A stretch of DNA of 64,000 bases, taken from assembly GCF_009914755.1 (NCBI RefSeq), contig NC_060931.1. One strand, given 5' to 3'. The stretch is from the human T2T-CHM13v2.0 reference genome, Homo sapiens. Position numbers and translations under genes: made by a program. The notes under the pieces are model-generated. The model did no database searches and was not told the DNA's origin. It saw only the letters and a program-made list of their open reading frames with translations. Numbering within the stretch: position 1 is the stretch's first letter; the number at the start of each line of letters is the position of its first letter. Below are positions 47,021-59,575 of the stretch, in pieces.

Positions 47021-47247
47021 GGTGTTGAAATGGCTCAGGATGACAGTCCTACAGGACAGCCAAGGACAGGGCATTGGGTGTGCCCTGTCATACAGAGGGG
47101 AACAAAGTGTGGCATTGGTACAAAGTCCTGTGGTATCATTAAGGCAGAACTCCTCTACTGCATACTCTTTAATGCAAACCACACACACTTCATTGTAATT
47201 TTTTTTAAAGTTCACATTGTAAATTACTTTGCAGACATATACAATCC

Positions 47248-47415
47248 CAGTACTTCTCAAACTTTAAAGTACTCACAGATCACCTGGAGACCTTGTTAAA
47301 ATGAAGATTCTGACTCAGTAGGTGTGGGTTGGGACCTGAGGTCCCACATTTCTAAGCTCCCAGATGATGCTGACGCTGCAAGTCCAGGGTCCATATTTTG
47401 AAAATCAAGGCACTG
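47248..47415. mobile_element. MER5A/B
   Basis: cagtacttctcaaactt...atcacctggagaccttgttaaaatg.agattctgactcagtagg. Confidence 0.75.
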
Positions 47416-48833
47416 CTTCCCCAAACTATCAGCTGAATTCTAGCCCTAGTCCTTCCCAACATCCCTACAGTGTATTACCCTTTGACCAATTCATTCATTC
47501 CATGAATATTTTTAAGCAATTATTGCTGAGCAACTTGCTAGATATTAAAAATACATGTATGAACAAAAGTCCATTTTGAGGGTCTTGCAATCTACTTGGA
47601 AGATACAAGGACATGGGATTTGTAAGATGGGCCAACTTTCACTTCCTTTTATGTACCTCTATATTGTTTGCATTTTTCACAAGGAAGTATCACTTTGTGC
47701 AGTGAAGGTGCACATGAGATGCAATGGGCAGACGGGGCTTCATGGAGAGGGTGAGCCTTGAGTTCAACCTTGAAGAAGAAACTGATGTCAAACTCTCTCC
47801 TAAGGCATCTTTTTAACATTCCACACCAGAAGTGAGCTGTGGAATGCAAGAAAGACTAATTACAATGGGAAAATGGATGCTGAATAAAAGCAGAGAAGCC
47901 CCTATGCATCTTGGGCAGTATTAAGCAATAAATCTCAAGATCACATGGCAGAGTTTTGACTCGCTCAACATTACATTACTGAATACAAATGCCTCACATC
48001 TCCTTCACCGGAGTGCAAAGATACCAAGAGGTTTGGCTTTTGTCTGACCGTCACTGTTGGATGAAAAATTAAGCTTGACATTTCTCAACTCTGACTTCTT
48101 ACTGAGAAATTGTCACCATTGTCTGAACAGTTACTGCTGTCTTAAAGCAAAGTTAACCACCACATATATTGTCTGAAACATATTTGAATATAATTCATTT
48201 TACAAAACAAACACATTCCAGGAAAGCTAGTGATAAAATGAATCTGTCTAAGTCAGCTCCCACTCACCTCACTTTCTCACTTAGCACATTGATTTAGAAA
48301 TTCACTCTGGTTTGGGAGAACGGACTTGAGAAGATGGAAAGGTGAGGAGAGAGAACTATTTCTTACTATCCTCTTCTGGACAAATAATAAATTGGCCATT
48401 TCAGGAACATATTATCAAACAGAAAATGTTAATTTTCTGATTATGCACATGACAAGTTAGCTGCAATGAAAAAATTGACTGAAACCTAATTAAGAAATTA
48501 GGCCATAAGTTGTTTTACTTGAGGTTAAAAAAGCATGTGAAAAGGAAATATTTTCTTCCTATTACATCTAGCTTTTTAAATGGAGTTCATCTCATCACAT
48601 CTCATTCTGTGTATGAATCATAAATCTTGCCTACTCCTGCTAGAGGAAGGATCTCCCTCTGGTACAGCTCTCCTACCAGGCTAGGCCCAGACATGGCTCC
48701 CTCCTAGGGAAACTGCCTCCCCGACACCCCTCCCTGACACACTGCCCCTCCCACACCTGTCTCAATTTTCCCTCTCCTTCAGACCCAATCCAGATGTCAC
48801 TTTCTCCATAAAACCTTATGCAATAAAACCTTA

Positions 48834-49676
48834 TGTATGGTTTTCCTAAACAAGCCTTTGAAGTGTGGGCTTTGGCCCAGGGAGACTTGCTTCTGAGTTT
48901 TTTCATTCACATGGCCACATCGTCCCTGGGGGCACACCGGGTACAGGCTTCATTGCAGAGACTTTCCAAGTAAGTTTTCTCCCAAGTGAGATAACCTTTT
49001 ATCTGTATCTTTCTTAAAACAATTCCCATTTTATGCCCCCAAATTATGGTAAAGTATAGGTGTCTTACCTTCCCTGATAGAGTCAACCCCTTGAGGTTGG
49101 GAACCACTTCCTCACTTGTGAATCTCTGACATTGCAGCAGAGTTGCACATACAGTAGGTGCTCAGTAATGAAGCAGTTATTGAACAAGTGCATGGACAGT
49201 ACGAGTCATGACTCTGGCCTCTGGTGAGGCTGGCAGTGCCCACAGAAGGTTCAGTCACCTTCTCCATCCCTTACATGAATACCAACTTGCCTGGCTTTAG
49301 CATGAGTGTTTCCATAACTTATTACAACTATATGTTCAAATGCATCTTAAGTGAGTCATCCCTGTCCTCCATATTCCCTATTCTATGTCATTTGTGGATT
49401 TAATCAGAAGCAAGGGTTTATGTGATGCACTGAGAACCTCTAACTTCCTTCTTCATCAGGAGGAGGCTCAGAACCCAGAGGCTACTCAGCATTCAGGGCA
49501 CGTATTCCCACAGAGAATACAAGCTGGGGGGAAAACTCACTTGGAGACTCTCTGCATTGAAGCATGTGCCTGGTGTGCCCCCAGGGACAATGCGGCCACG
49601 TGGATGAAAACACTCAGAAGCAAATCTCCCTGGGCCAAAGCCCACACTTCAAAGGCTCGTTTAGGAAAACCATACA
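48834..49676. repeat. Inverted repeat: 153-bp arms (48834-48986 and 49524-49676), 537-bp spacer
   Basis: Manual ungapped alignment of the left arm's reverse complement to the right arm gives ~16 mismatches in 153. Confidence 0.93.
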
Positions 49677-50924
49677 CTCAACCTTCTTTGTGTATTGTGA
49701 AAATAAACATTTACAGAACATTGGAATGTGTGAAAAATGTCCTTCGTTGTGTGTTTATGGAAAACATTTGGCAAGTATTTGCTATAAATGCTTCCTGTAA
49801 ATGCTGTGAGTGAGAATCAGCAGGAAAATGTATGAGATGAGAGGGAGCCAACTCCCACAGCAAAAGAATGTCCCCTTCCCTTCCACACACCCCACGCGCT
49901 GCCTCCACTCTGCACTCCTCCGCCGCCCCCCTCCCCAGATAAGGCCCAGGGGATCCGGGAGTGTGAGGGTGGGGAACAGAGAAGGGACAATCTGTGAAGG
50001 GGCCTCCAGGCTCAGCATTCCATGTTGGAGTGCAGAAAAGGAAACTGACTCGTGTTTCCTAGGTGATGACGCCCCCTAATAGGATTTCCTTCCCCTTCAT
50101 TCTTATTGGTTAACAGTTCTGATTCCAAGTCCCCCATTCCAGCTGGAAACATTGCCTCAACACCCACCCGGTCTTCCCCACCTGAAGACTGGCCTGCCTC
50201 TCAGTTAACTCTTGGACGCTTTCAGGTGAAAAGTAAAAAGTGGAAAGCAAGAGACTCAAATATATTTCTTCAGAACAAGATGCATGGGACATTTCTCTTA
50301 ATTCCTCAACAATGGACAAAGACCTCTGATGATATGAACTGAAAAGGGAAGAGAGTGTTGCAGGCCACAGCAATGAACGCTCGTGGTTTTTACCAGGAAG
50401 CAACCTTGACCGCCTCCAGATTGCCCTCTGGGATGAACCAGGTCCTCCCCTGCCACATGAGGTATGTAGTGGGTACTGCAGAGAGGCTGGCTGCTCTTGG
50501 TTCCCAAGCAGCCTCCGTGATAAACAGCCTCAGTGTTGAAATATCAGGGAGATTAATTATCTCGCAGATGTTACATGCCAAAAAGGCTACTTTTTTTCTT
50601 CATTTCAGAATTCTTTCCTTTTTTAAGAAATACAAGGACACAAATCCAATGTGCTTAATTAAGCCTGCCAAGGCGAAGAGGCCCAGCTGCCTGGCTGTAT
50701 TTGTATCTGCACAGGTGCCCAGGGAACACCAGCCTCAGTCTCAGCTTCATCTCCAGGTCCCCTACCTCTGCCCAGAGGTCCTCACATCTGCACCTGACTG
50801 GAGCTAATGACAAACATCCTTACACAGCAACTTTTACGCTGATTTGCAAAATGATTTATTTTAAGTACGTTTCTAAAAACATAAACGTTAAGTCAAAAGG
50901 TCTCAGCATTTCTGCCACTTAAAG

Positions 50925-51000
50925 TATACCTATGTAACAAACCTGCATGTTCTGCACATGTATCCCAGAACTTAAAGTATAATTTAAATATATATATATA
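50925..51000 (+). mobile_element. Very short L1PA 3' terminal fragment
   Basis: tatacctatgtaacaaacctgcatgttctgcacatgtatcccagaacttaaagtataa then (TA)n. Confidence 0.85.
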
Positions 51001-51764
51001 AGTATTGATAAACCATAATCTAAAAATGATGTCATTTCACACTTCCCAAAGCAATGGAGGAGTTCCCTTTAAAATCATTTCACCGGCTCACCTAGATTTA
51101 TCATGGGAAAGAAAAATCCACAGTCTCCTCTGATGGAAGAAGAAAGGGGCTATGGGGCCCCCCAGACTTTCCCAATCAGCCCCACGCTGTGGCTCTCCCC
51201 AGCCATGGACCATGACAGCCACTCCCTAATCCTGAAAGAATCCAGGATTTCCTCTCCTCCAAGCAGCTGCACCCTTGCATGGCTGGGTATGGTGGTGAGC
51301 GTAGGGGATTTTTTGGTAAGCTCTTTGGGGAAGAATTCCTACATCAAATACATATTTATGAATTCAGAGAATTAAGAAAATTCTGAATTCAGAAAAGACT
51401 CTCAGTTACTTCATTCTCCTACCCCGTTTACCACCACATTCTACCAGCATCAGCTGCCCCAGGACCATGTGGGCCTCTCTCTTCCTGTCCAGATCCTCTT
51501 TTGTTTGTACCTCAGCCATTCTGACAGTAGGTTCCTTGGGGCTCTTGGTCCAGCTCTGCGTTCTCTGCAGGCTCCTGCCCTGAGAGAGTCAGTAAGAGAG
51601 TGTTTCTCACCTCAGGCCATGACTTGGCATTATGGACTGGACACATGACTCACCCATTGAAAAGATCAGCACACGTAAGTTAACCTCACCCATTCCACAG
51701 TCCCTCATATTGCTAAGAAGAGCAAATGGGATAATGCATGAGAAGGCAAAAGCACCATCAAGAT

Positions 51765-51948
51765 CCAGTGGCTGGTGCTAGAGCAGGCTAACCAGCTGCT
51801 GCATCACTTTCAAAAGGCTTACAGGCCATAGACTGTTGGGAGCTTGAAATCAGCCACAGCAGGAGTATTGATACCACAGAAACCAGCAAATGCTGCAATA
51901 CTAATCAGATTTTCTTTTAAGAAAAACTTTTGTACTAGCATACTACCA
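51765..51948 (+). mobile_element. MER63-like hAT relic
   Basis: agcttgaaatcagccacagcaggagtattgataccacagaaaccagcaaa. Confidence 0.6.
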
Positions 51949-51974
51949 AATTCAATGTAAAGTATTAAAAAGTC

Positions 51975-52175
51975 ACCACCAGAGCTGTCTGGGTCCAAAG
52001 TCCCCATTTGCAACTTACTATCTATTGTAGCAATGGGCAATTTACTTGACCTTTCTGAGCCTCAGCGCTCTCATCTGCAAAATGGGTACAATGATAGTGA
52101 GAATTCAATAAGGTAATGCATATAAAATGTTCATAACCATAGCCTGGAAACATTCACTACTCAATATAGTTCAGC
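51975..52175 (+). mobile_element. MIR
   Basis: gggcaatttacttgacctttctgagcctcag...catctgcaaaatggg. Confidence 0.75.
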
Positions 52176-54034
52176 TTTCTTTTTGTTCCTACCATATGCA
52201 GAGTAGAGCCCCAAGCTGCCAAGCTATCAGCAGAACTGACCCTTCTGTTGAAAACTAACTAAATGTTGGTCTTCTTCATCATTGGCTTATAGAGAACTCA
52301 TGTCTGCTCATGGAACATATGCACATCTTCATGGCTTTCATAACTGAGATTTGTTGTAAGGCTTTATCCTGTGTAGCTCAAACTCTGCCCAATTTGATGG
52401 TCCCACCAGGTCAAGGAAAAAGAGATTCCTTCCAAGTTATGCTTCAGTTTTGATCTTCTGAAAAATATCACTTAAGGCCATAAAGGACTTCAGAGGGGGA
52501 AAAAAGAGGAACACAACCCTGTTCAGAGATTCAACACATCCTATCTTTCATCATTCATTTAATTTAGATGGTCCAGTGACAGAAAGTAAGGGCATAGGGC
52601 AAAAGAGATGGTTCCTGCTCAAAAATTTCATGTTAAGAGAGATAATAATCAAATAGTAAAACATACGATTATATAATTCCAAACTAAGTGCTATAAAGGG
52701 AGTGACATGGAAGCAAAACTAATGAAAGAGGAGCCTAAAGGGTGAGGTTCTGCAGGATTAATCCAGGGATAAGTGGGCAAGCAGGGAAGGGATGGAGAAA
52801 GCAGGAGCTGAGTCAGCAGAAAAAGCACATGCAAGAGCCCTGTGGCATAGGAGCATCACCAGTCAAGTACTGAAAGATTGGCTAGGCTGGCCTTCCTGAT
52901 CTTGGCAAATGCAAGTTTGCAGACAGGTGTGAATGACATTAACCGGAGTCTTAGATTTGAAAAGTCTCCAGGTATCAGGACCAGTGTTACAGAGCAGCAT
53001 TTGATAAACCAACCAAAGAGAAGTTAGTTGTTAGGGTTGTTATATCTGTTATTAAAATTGTTTCAGTTGCTTTATAAAATACAAGAAAAATATTGTCTAT
53101 TATTTATGATGTATGCCAAATTTTGGAACCTTGGGTTTTACCAGTGCAGGGAAAAAGTTGATAAAATTAAGGTCAATGAAAAAATAAAATTATCTGACAA
53201 TGTCAACCACTACTGGGTGCACCAGGTGTACAGCATAGTTCCTAAGGGGGAAGCTATTTTTAACTAATACAAAGGGACATCTGGGAACATTACCACCTAA
53301 ATTTTATTATACCAATACAAAATCCCTTCTGATTTGGTAGGCAGGTTGCTAATACTGGCTGGGCTCTGGTCACATGAATCCTATTCAAAAAGGGAAGTCA
53401 GCAGTGACTCACCCAAGCCCAAGCATCAGCATATCTGGGGCAAGGCCATTTTGGGGCATACCGATATAGTTTCTAATTTGGTTTTCACTCCAGGACGGAC
53501 AAAGGCCAGAAAGGCAGCTGCATCCAGAGAGGTTAGAGCGTGTTCCAGATAGAGATCTACTTCTGTGGTTTCCATCCATGGGGTGAATCCTGCCAAAAGG
53601 TGGAACACCAGAACTCTCTGGGCAGAGTCCTGCCACTCACTCAATCCAGGCATGCATTTAACAAATATGTGCTGACTGTCTTCTGTGTGCCTGGCACTGC
53701 CCCGGGCACTGGGGTACCGCAGTGACACCATGGATACTCTGTGGTTTTATGAGGTTTGCTGGCTAGTAAGGGTGAACAGGAAATAAAGAAAACAGTGAAT
53801 ATCGAGCATGTAAGAAACATTAAATTTTGAGAGAAATAAAGGAGGTAAGGTAGACAGGGAGCAAGAGGATGAAATCAGTACTTTATATCTGGAGGTGACA
53901 GAAAGCTGCTCAGAGACTAATGGAAGTGAGGCAATGAGCCATGTGGCTACCCAGGAACAGATTCCTAGGAGAGAAAGCAAAAAGTAAAAGGCCCAGAGAC
54001 CAGAGGTACCTGGTATGTTCACGGCCAACAAGGG

Positions 54035-54415
54035 TGCTATGGACGGAATTGCACCCTTCCAAAATTCACATGTTGAAGCTCTAACCCGCTGTATAGCATG
54101 TGACTGTATTTGAAGATAGGGCCTTTAAAGAGGTAATTAAAATCAAATGAGGCCATTAGGGTAGGGTCCGAATCCAGTATGATTGGTGTTCTCATAAGAA
54201 GCAGTGCCAACAGGGTGTGAGTGCACAGAAGGATGGCCATGTGGAGAGGCAGCAAGAGGGCAGCCGTTTACAAGCCAAAAAGGGAGGCCTCAGAGACACC
54301 AACCCTGCCAGTAGCTAGATTTTAGATTTCCAGCCTTCAGAGCTGTGAGAAAATAGAGTTCTGTAGTTTAAGCCACCCAGTATGTGATATTTTGTTATGG
54401 CAGCCCTAGCTGATC
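54035..54415 (+). mobile_element. MLT1A/B-like LTR inserted in a minus-strand L2 (~53635-54835)
   Basis: tgctatggacggaattg...tttgaagatagggcctttaaagaggtaattaa...tttgttatggcagccctagc. Confidence 0.8.
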
Positions 54416-55059
54416 TCTGTGGGTGGAGTTGAGGGAGGAAGGAGTAGGATAGAAGGACGTAAGGCTGGAAAGCCAGAACACTGCAGAGCCTTGAGAGCTG
54501 TGGCAAAAGTGCTGAACGTTTTTACTCTGAGTCACTGGAGGTTGTAGGCAGATGAGTGATGTGATCTGACCAATACTGGAAGAATCACTATGGCATCTTT
54601 CCTAACGTTCTGGCTACTGTGTTGAAGACAGAAAAGATGAGCAAGTGTGGGAGCAGGCAATATCAATCAGAGGCTGTTACACTATTACAGGAGATACAGG
54701 AGAGAGGTTTGATGTACTGGATTACTGTAATGGTGGTAGAAGTGGGGAAAGGAGGTAGGTTTCTGGAAAGCAGAGTCAATAGGATTTTGAAAGTAGAGTC
54801 AATAGGATTGAAAGTAGAGTAAATAGAATTTGCTGGGGTTAGTTTGTTGGTAACTGGGTCTTAATGGAATAAAGAGTAACTCATTGAGCCAGAGACTTTA
54901 GTCACTGGGTTGCCTTATCAAGGCAACCCATATTTAGCGCCATGAAACATTTAAATAGCAAAGTTCTGAGTAGGTTTAGCCATGCTGAACCCCTATGGAA
55001 GGCAGAGCCATTGCTAGAAGGATATTTGTAGCAAAATATCAATGAGGAATTCAAGCAAT

Positions 55060-56485
55060 GGAGAAAAATATACAAAATCAAGCATCTAAGCTTCCATTTT
55101 AGAAAACTAAAAAAATACAAATTAAATCTAAAGTAAGCTGAAGAAAAGAAGTAAAAAAAAATAATGGAGTGGAAATCAGTGAAATTGAAAACTGGAAAGC
55201 AATATAGAAAAATCAGTAAAATCAAAAGCTAGTTTTTTGAAAAGATCAATAAAAACAACAAATCTCTAGCCAGGCTCAACAAGATGAAAGGAAAATGATA
55301 AATTATTAGCATCAAAAATGAAAGAAGAGTCAACTTTATGGATCTCATGTATATAATAAAGGAATATTATGAACAAGTCTATGCTCAAAAATCTGATAAT
55401 GTAAATGAAATGGACCAATTCCTTGAAAGACACAATCTACAAGAACCCACACAAGAAGAAATAGACAATCTGAAGAGACCTATATCTATTAAAGGAATTG
55501 AATAAATAATTAATGACCTTCCAAAATGGAAAGTATCAGGCCTGGATGGTTTCATTGGTGAATTCTATAACATATTTAAACAAGAAAATGATACCAATTC
55601 TCTACAATCTGTTCCAGAAGGTAGAAGCAGAAGGAGTAGTTCTTAACTAATTCTATAAAACCAGTATTACCCTAATACCAAAACCAAAGGCATAAGAAAG
55701 AAAAAAAATGCGGATCTATATAGCTCTCATGAACATAAATGTAAATATCCTTCACAAAATTATCAAATAGAATCCAACAATCTATAAATAGAATTATGCA
55801 CCACAACCGAGTAGGATTTGTTCCAGGTATGCAAGGCTCATTCAACATTCAAAAATCAGTTAATGTAAACCATTGTATCAACAGGCTAAAGAAGAAAAGT
55901 TGTATAATGGTATCAATAGATACAGAAAAGCCATTTGATAAAATCTAACACTCATTCATGATAAAAAAAAACTCTCAGCAAACTAAGAATAGAGCAGTTC
56001 CTCAGCTACATAAAGAACATCTACATAAAACTTATGGCTAACATCATACTTAATGATGAGAAACTTGACTCTGCCCTAGGATCAGGATCAAGGCTAAGAT
56101 GGTCGCTCCTATCACCCCTATGTAACATCTTACTGGTAGTCCTAGCTAGTGCAATAAGAAAAAAAAAAAAAGGGTGTACAGACTGGGAAGGAGGAAACAA
56201 AACTGTCTTTGTTCACAGGGGACATGATTGTCTATGTAGAAAATTCCAAGGAATTAATACATAAAATCTTGGAACTAATAAACAATTACAGCAAGACTGC
56301 AAGATATTGGCTTATCAATTGTAACAAATGAGCCATTCTAATGTGAGATGTTAATAACAGAGAAAGCTGTGTGTGGGAGAAATGAGAGATGGGATATATA
56401 CGAACCCTCTGTACTTTTGCTCAACTTTTCTATAAACCTAAAACTGTTCTAAAACACAATGTCTATTAATTAAAAAATTAAAAAG
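55060..56485 (+). mobile_element. Old L1M: ORF2 fragment joined to an L1MC-like 3' end
   Basis: tttgaaaagatcaataaaa, gaaatggaccaattccttgaaagacac, ggtatgcaaggct..ttcaacattc; abrupt switch near 56305 to 3'-UTR text. Confidence 0.8.
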
Positions 56486-57158
56486 GCAGAGAGGTCTGCA
56501 TTCTCTTGAGAAAAACAGAAGAGAGAGGAGTCCCAGAAACCTTTCCCCTTCAAAGAAATAAGAAGTGAGCTGCAGTTCTTTGAACTCCTGCATTACAACA
56601 ATTAAAGCAGAAAAGGGAGAAGAAATAGCGAAACCCCAGCACAGCAGCTGCTGAGCTCTGCACAGCTAAGGTAGAAAAATGCACATTTAAAGGTGGAAGC
56701 TTGGTCAATTACAGCAGAAAGAAAGAGGGCTTGTCACAGAGCAGGTACTGTACTCAATAAATATTTAACTAGCTAAACAAGACATAAAAATGGACAATAT
56801 GGGCTGAATTTGGAGAACTGGGTTGGAGAAATAATGGAAAGATACTAACTGGATCTAAGATAGAGAAACCACAACAGTTACTGTGAGCTAAGTCTTGGCT
56901 GGTACCTCAGTGAGGGAGTCAGGAACATGTGATCCTTCTGAAGTTTTTAACCTTTCAATTCACATTAGACTTGTGTTTACAATATGTCAACTACATATAG
57001 TTCACTATACAGCTTAGTTTCATTTTTTTCTCAACAAATCCATCACTGTTTTAAAGTCCCACTGTGTTTTAAAATTAAAAAAAAAAAAAGAAAAGAGAAA
57101 AACCACCACCACCACCAACAAAAAACCTTTGGAGAATGCTAAGTAAGAAAGTCTGAAA

Positions 57159-57655
57159 CCTCTTTCACCAAGGACTCTCCAAGATGGGCTGCTTTTGCAT
57201 CAAAACCATGGAAAGGCAGCCTGGGTCATCCTAGAAAAGTACTACATGTGCCTCGGCAATGACTTCCACAGGAACGAGTGTGTGGGCAAGGAGATCACCA
57301 TTATCTCTGGCAAGAAGCTCCGCAACAAGAGGGCAGGCTACATCCTGCATCTGATGGAGGATATTTGGAGAGGCCCAGTGAGAGGCATCTCCATCAAGTT
57401 GTGGGAGGAAGAGAGAGAAAAAAGGAGAGATAATTATGTTCCTGAGATCTTAGCCCTGGACCTGGAGATCACTAAAGTAGGTCCTGACACTGAGGAAACA
57501 CTGAGACTTTGGGGCTTTCACAGACTGTCCAACCTGCGGGTCACTCAGCCTACAGTTGGGATAAATTTCAAAACACCACGTGGAGCTGTTTGGATTTTTC
57601 TGCAATGCTGTAGTATTTTCAGTTAACCTGAGACAACGGCAAACAAACAAGCAAG
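57159..57655 (+). pseudogene. Processed RPS17 (40S ribosomal protein S17) pseudogene, possibly RPS17P13 (number from memory, unverified)
   Basis: Intronless copy with 5' TOP-like cctctttc, ATG at 57184, a 1-nt deletion early in the CDS, RPS17-like peptide ([50 protein letters not shown]). Stop TGA changed to TGG, poly(A) signal decayed, A-rich tail after 57640. Confidence 0.93.
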
Positions 57656-59344
57656 CATTCTGAACCTAATGCTCAGCTTGGGGTGGTACCAAGAGAGACA
57701 AGGAGATAACTACCAGCTTTCAGGTCTGCTTCAGATTTCAGACACCTCATCCAGCACCACAAGAACACAGGTGAGCATCCGAGGTGGTGTGAGCACACCA
57801 CGCAGGCACTGCTACAGTCAGCTAATAGAGGTTTGTGGAATCTGCCCTCCCTCCCTGGGACAAGGGGTCTTCTGAGATAAAACCAAGCCCACATTTAACA
57901 ATGATCTCATCCTCATGCTTGAAGCATTCCATTCAAATCACCGGCTTTGGAAGTCAGAAATTCTTCCTTCCAGCTCAATTAGTAAATCTAATCACATATT
58001 CACACTCTCAAGGGGTCCCGATTGTTTGGCAGTAACAGCTTGGTTATTCACAATCAACGAAATTAATGCCACTATTTTTAAAACATGAAAAAATCCTGTA
58101 TATACAAACAAGCCTCCAAGCTGTGGACCTTGGTTAAAGAAAGAACAAAAATTAAAGCCAGGAAAAAAGTAAATGAATTATGAGACAAAGAATCATTTCA
58201 AACTCAAACGTCCCAACAAGGCTGTGCCTTTGGGGTCCTTGTTATTCTAAACTGAATCCTTTCTCCACATCACCTAGAAGAAAAATGTCACTCAGATAAA
58301 AAAAGGTTCCTTTACATGGAATTGTGTGTTTAACTGGCAACATATAATTTTATTTTTAAAAAAATGAAGAGCAATTGCTGTTGAAGCCATTTCAGGGACG
58401 AGAGAAGGGGAGGCTCTGTCAGCACAATGGGAACAAAAAAATGTTGTGCACTAAGCATTATTCCAATCATTTGCTTCATAGTTAAGTTTAATTGCACATT
58501 ACACACTGTCCTGTAATTATGTCGCTTGGGGAACCGCCAAATTCCCCCTTGAAATGTTAGAAGTCCCTTAGTTTATTTTAAAGTCTTGGCGTCGCCTCCA
58601 CCAGCACCCTGCCTTAATGCACAGAGGCTACTTGGTTCCTGTTCCCTTCAATGCATACTGTTGTCCTGCGAGGGATCCACTCTATGGTCTGACTCCTGGT
58701 ACAGAGGGCTGATGATGCTCAGAGCTCCCAGAGCACTGGTCCAGTGCAGTCTGTTTATAATATACTCGTGTGACTTTTTTCTTTAAAACTCACAACAGGA
58801 GAAACTGGGAAACATGCCTTTTCCTTTTCTTCAGTCTCAGGAGGTTGGGATTAAAGTCCTTCATTCTCAGCCAGGGAATAAACACCCAACCAAAGATGAA
58901 ATGCCTGCTTTCTGGGAGTTTATAAGGATGAAAAGATAAACACCGAGCAAATACATATGAAACTCTCAGAAGGCTGTACATCAATCAAGTACTACTTTAA
59001 GGAGTGGGAACGGGAACAATCAACTCAAATGGTTGAAGCACCTTCTATGTGCTGGCGGTGTGCTCAGAACTTCACAAATGTTATTACAGACTATCATCAT
59101 CAACGGGCACTAACTCGAGTGCCTTCAAGTACCAGGCAGATAACCAGAAAGCATGAAGCAGTCAGCCATAATACAAGAAGGTGTCTGGGGCTCTAAGTTA
59201 ATTGGGGAGGGAGTGTAAGCCCTGAAAAAAGGCAATCAAATTCTCTTCTTTTTAATAACACTGGGTCAATGAAGCAAAACACATCTGTAGGACTCATTTG
59301 AACTGTGGCTACCACCTCCATATGAATCTATAAGCCTCTCAAAA

Positions 59345-59575
59345 GCACACAGTATGGACAATGGACACATATTATCTGGATTTAAAATTCAGCTCTGGTA
59401 CTACCTTAGCTGTGTGACTTTGGACAAACCACTTAACCTCTCCATGTGTCAGTTTCCTCGTCTGTAAAATGCAAACAGTAACAGTGGCAACCTCAGAGGG
59501 GTGGTGCAAGAAATAAATGAAAATACTCAGCTTAGTTGTTCTAGTGAGCTCCAAACATGTGATTGCTGTGATCAT
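59345..59575 (+). mobile_element. MIR
   Basis: agctgtgtgactttggacaaaccacttaacctctc...gtctgtaaaatg. Confidence 0.75.

Noticed and set aside
48673-49813. Paralogous ORFs sharing LRSKSPWAKAHTSKA on opposite strands (antisense or toxin-antitoxin-like pair)
   Set aside because: They are a by-product of the DNA inverted duplication; one copy has a stop inside the arm, and there is no protein similarity or splice evidence.
50355-50807. 150-aa ORF in unique sequence
   Set aside because: Non-ATG start as called, no recognisable homology, and a length compatible with chance in 64 kb over six frames.
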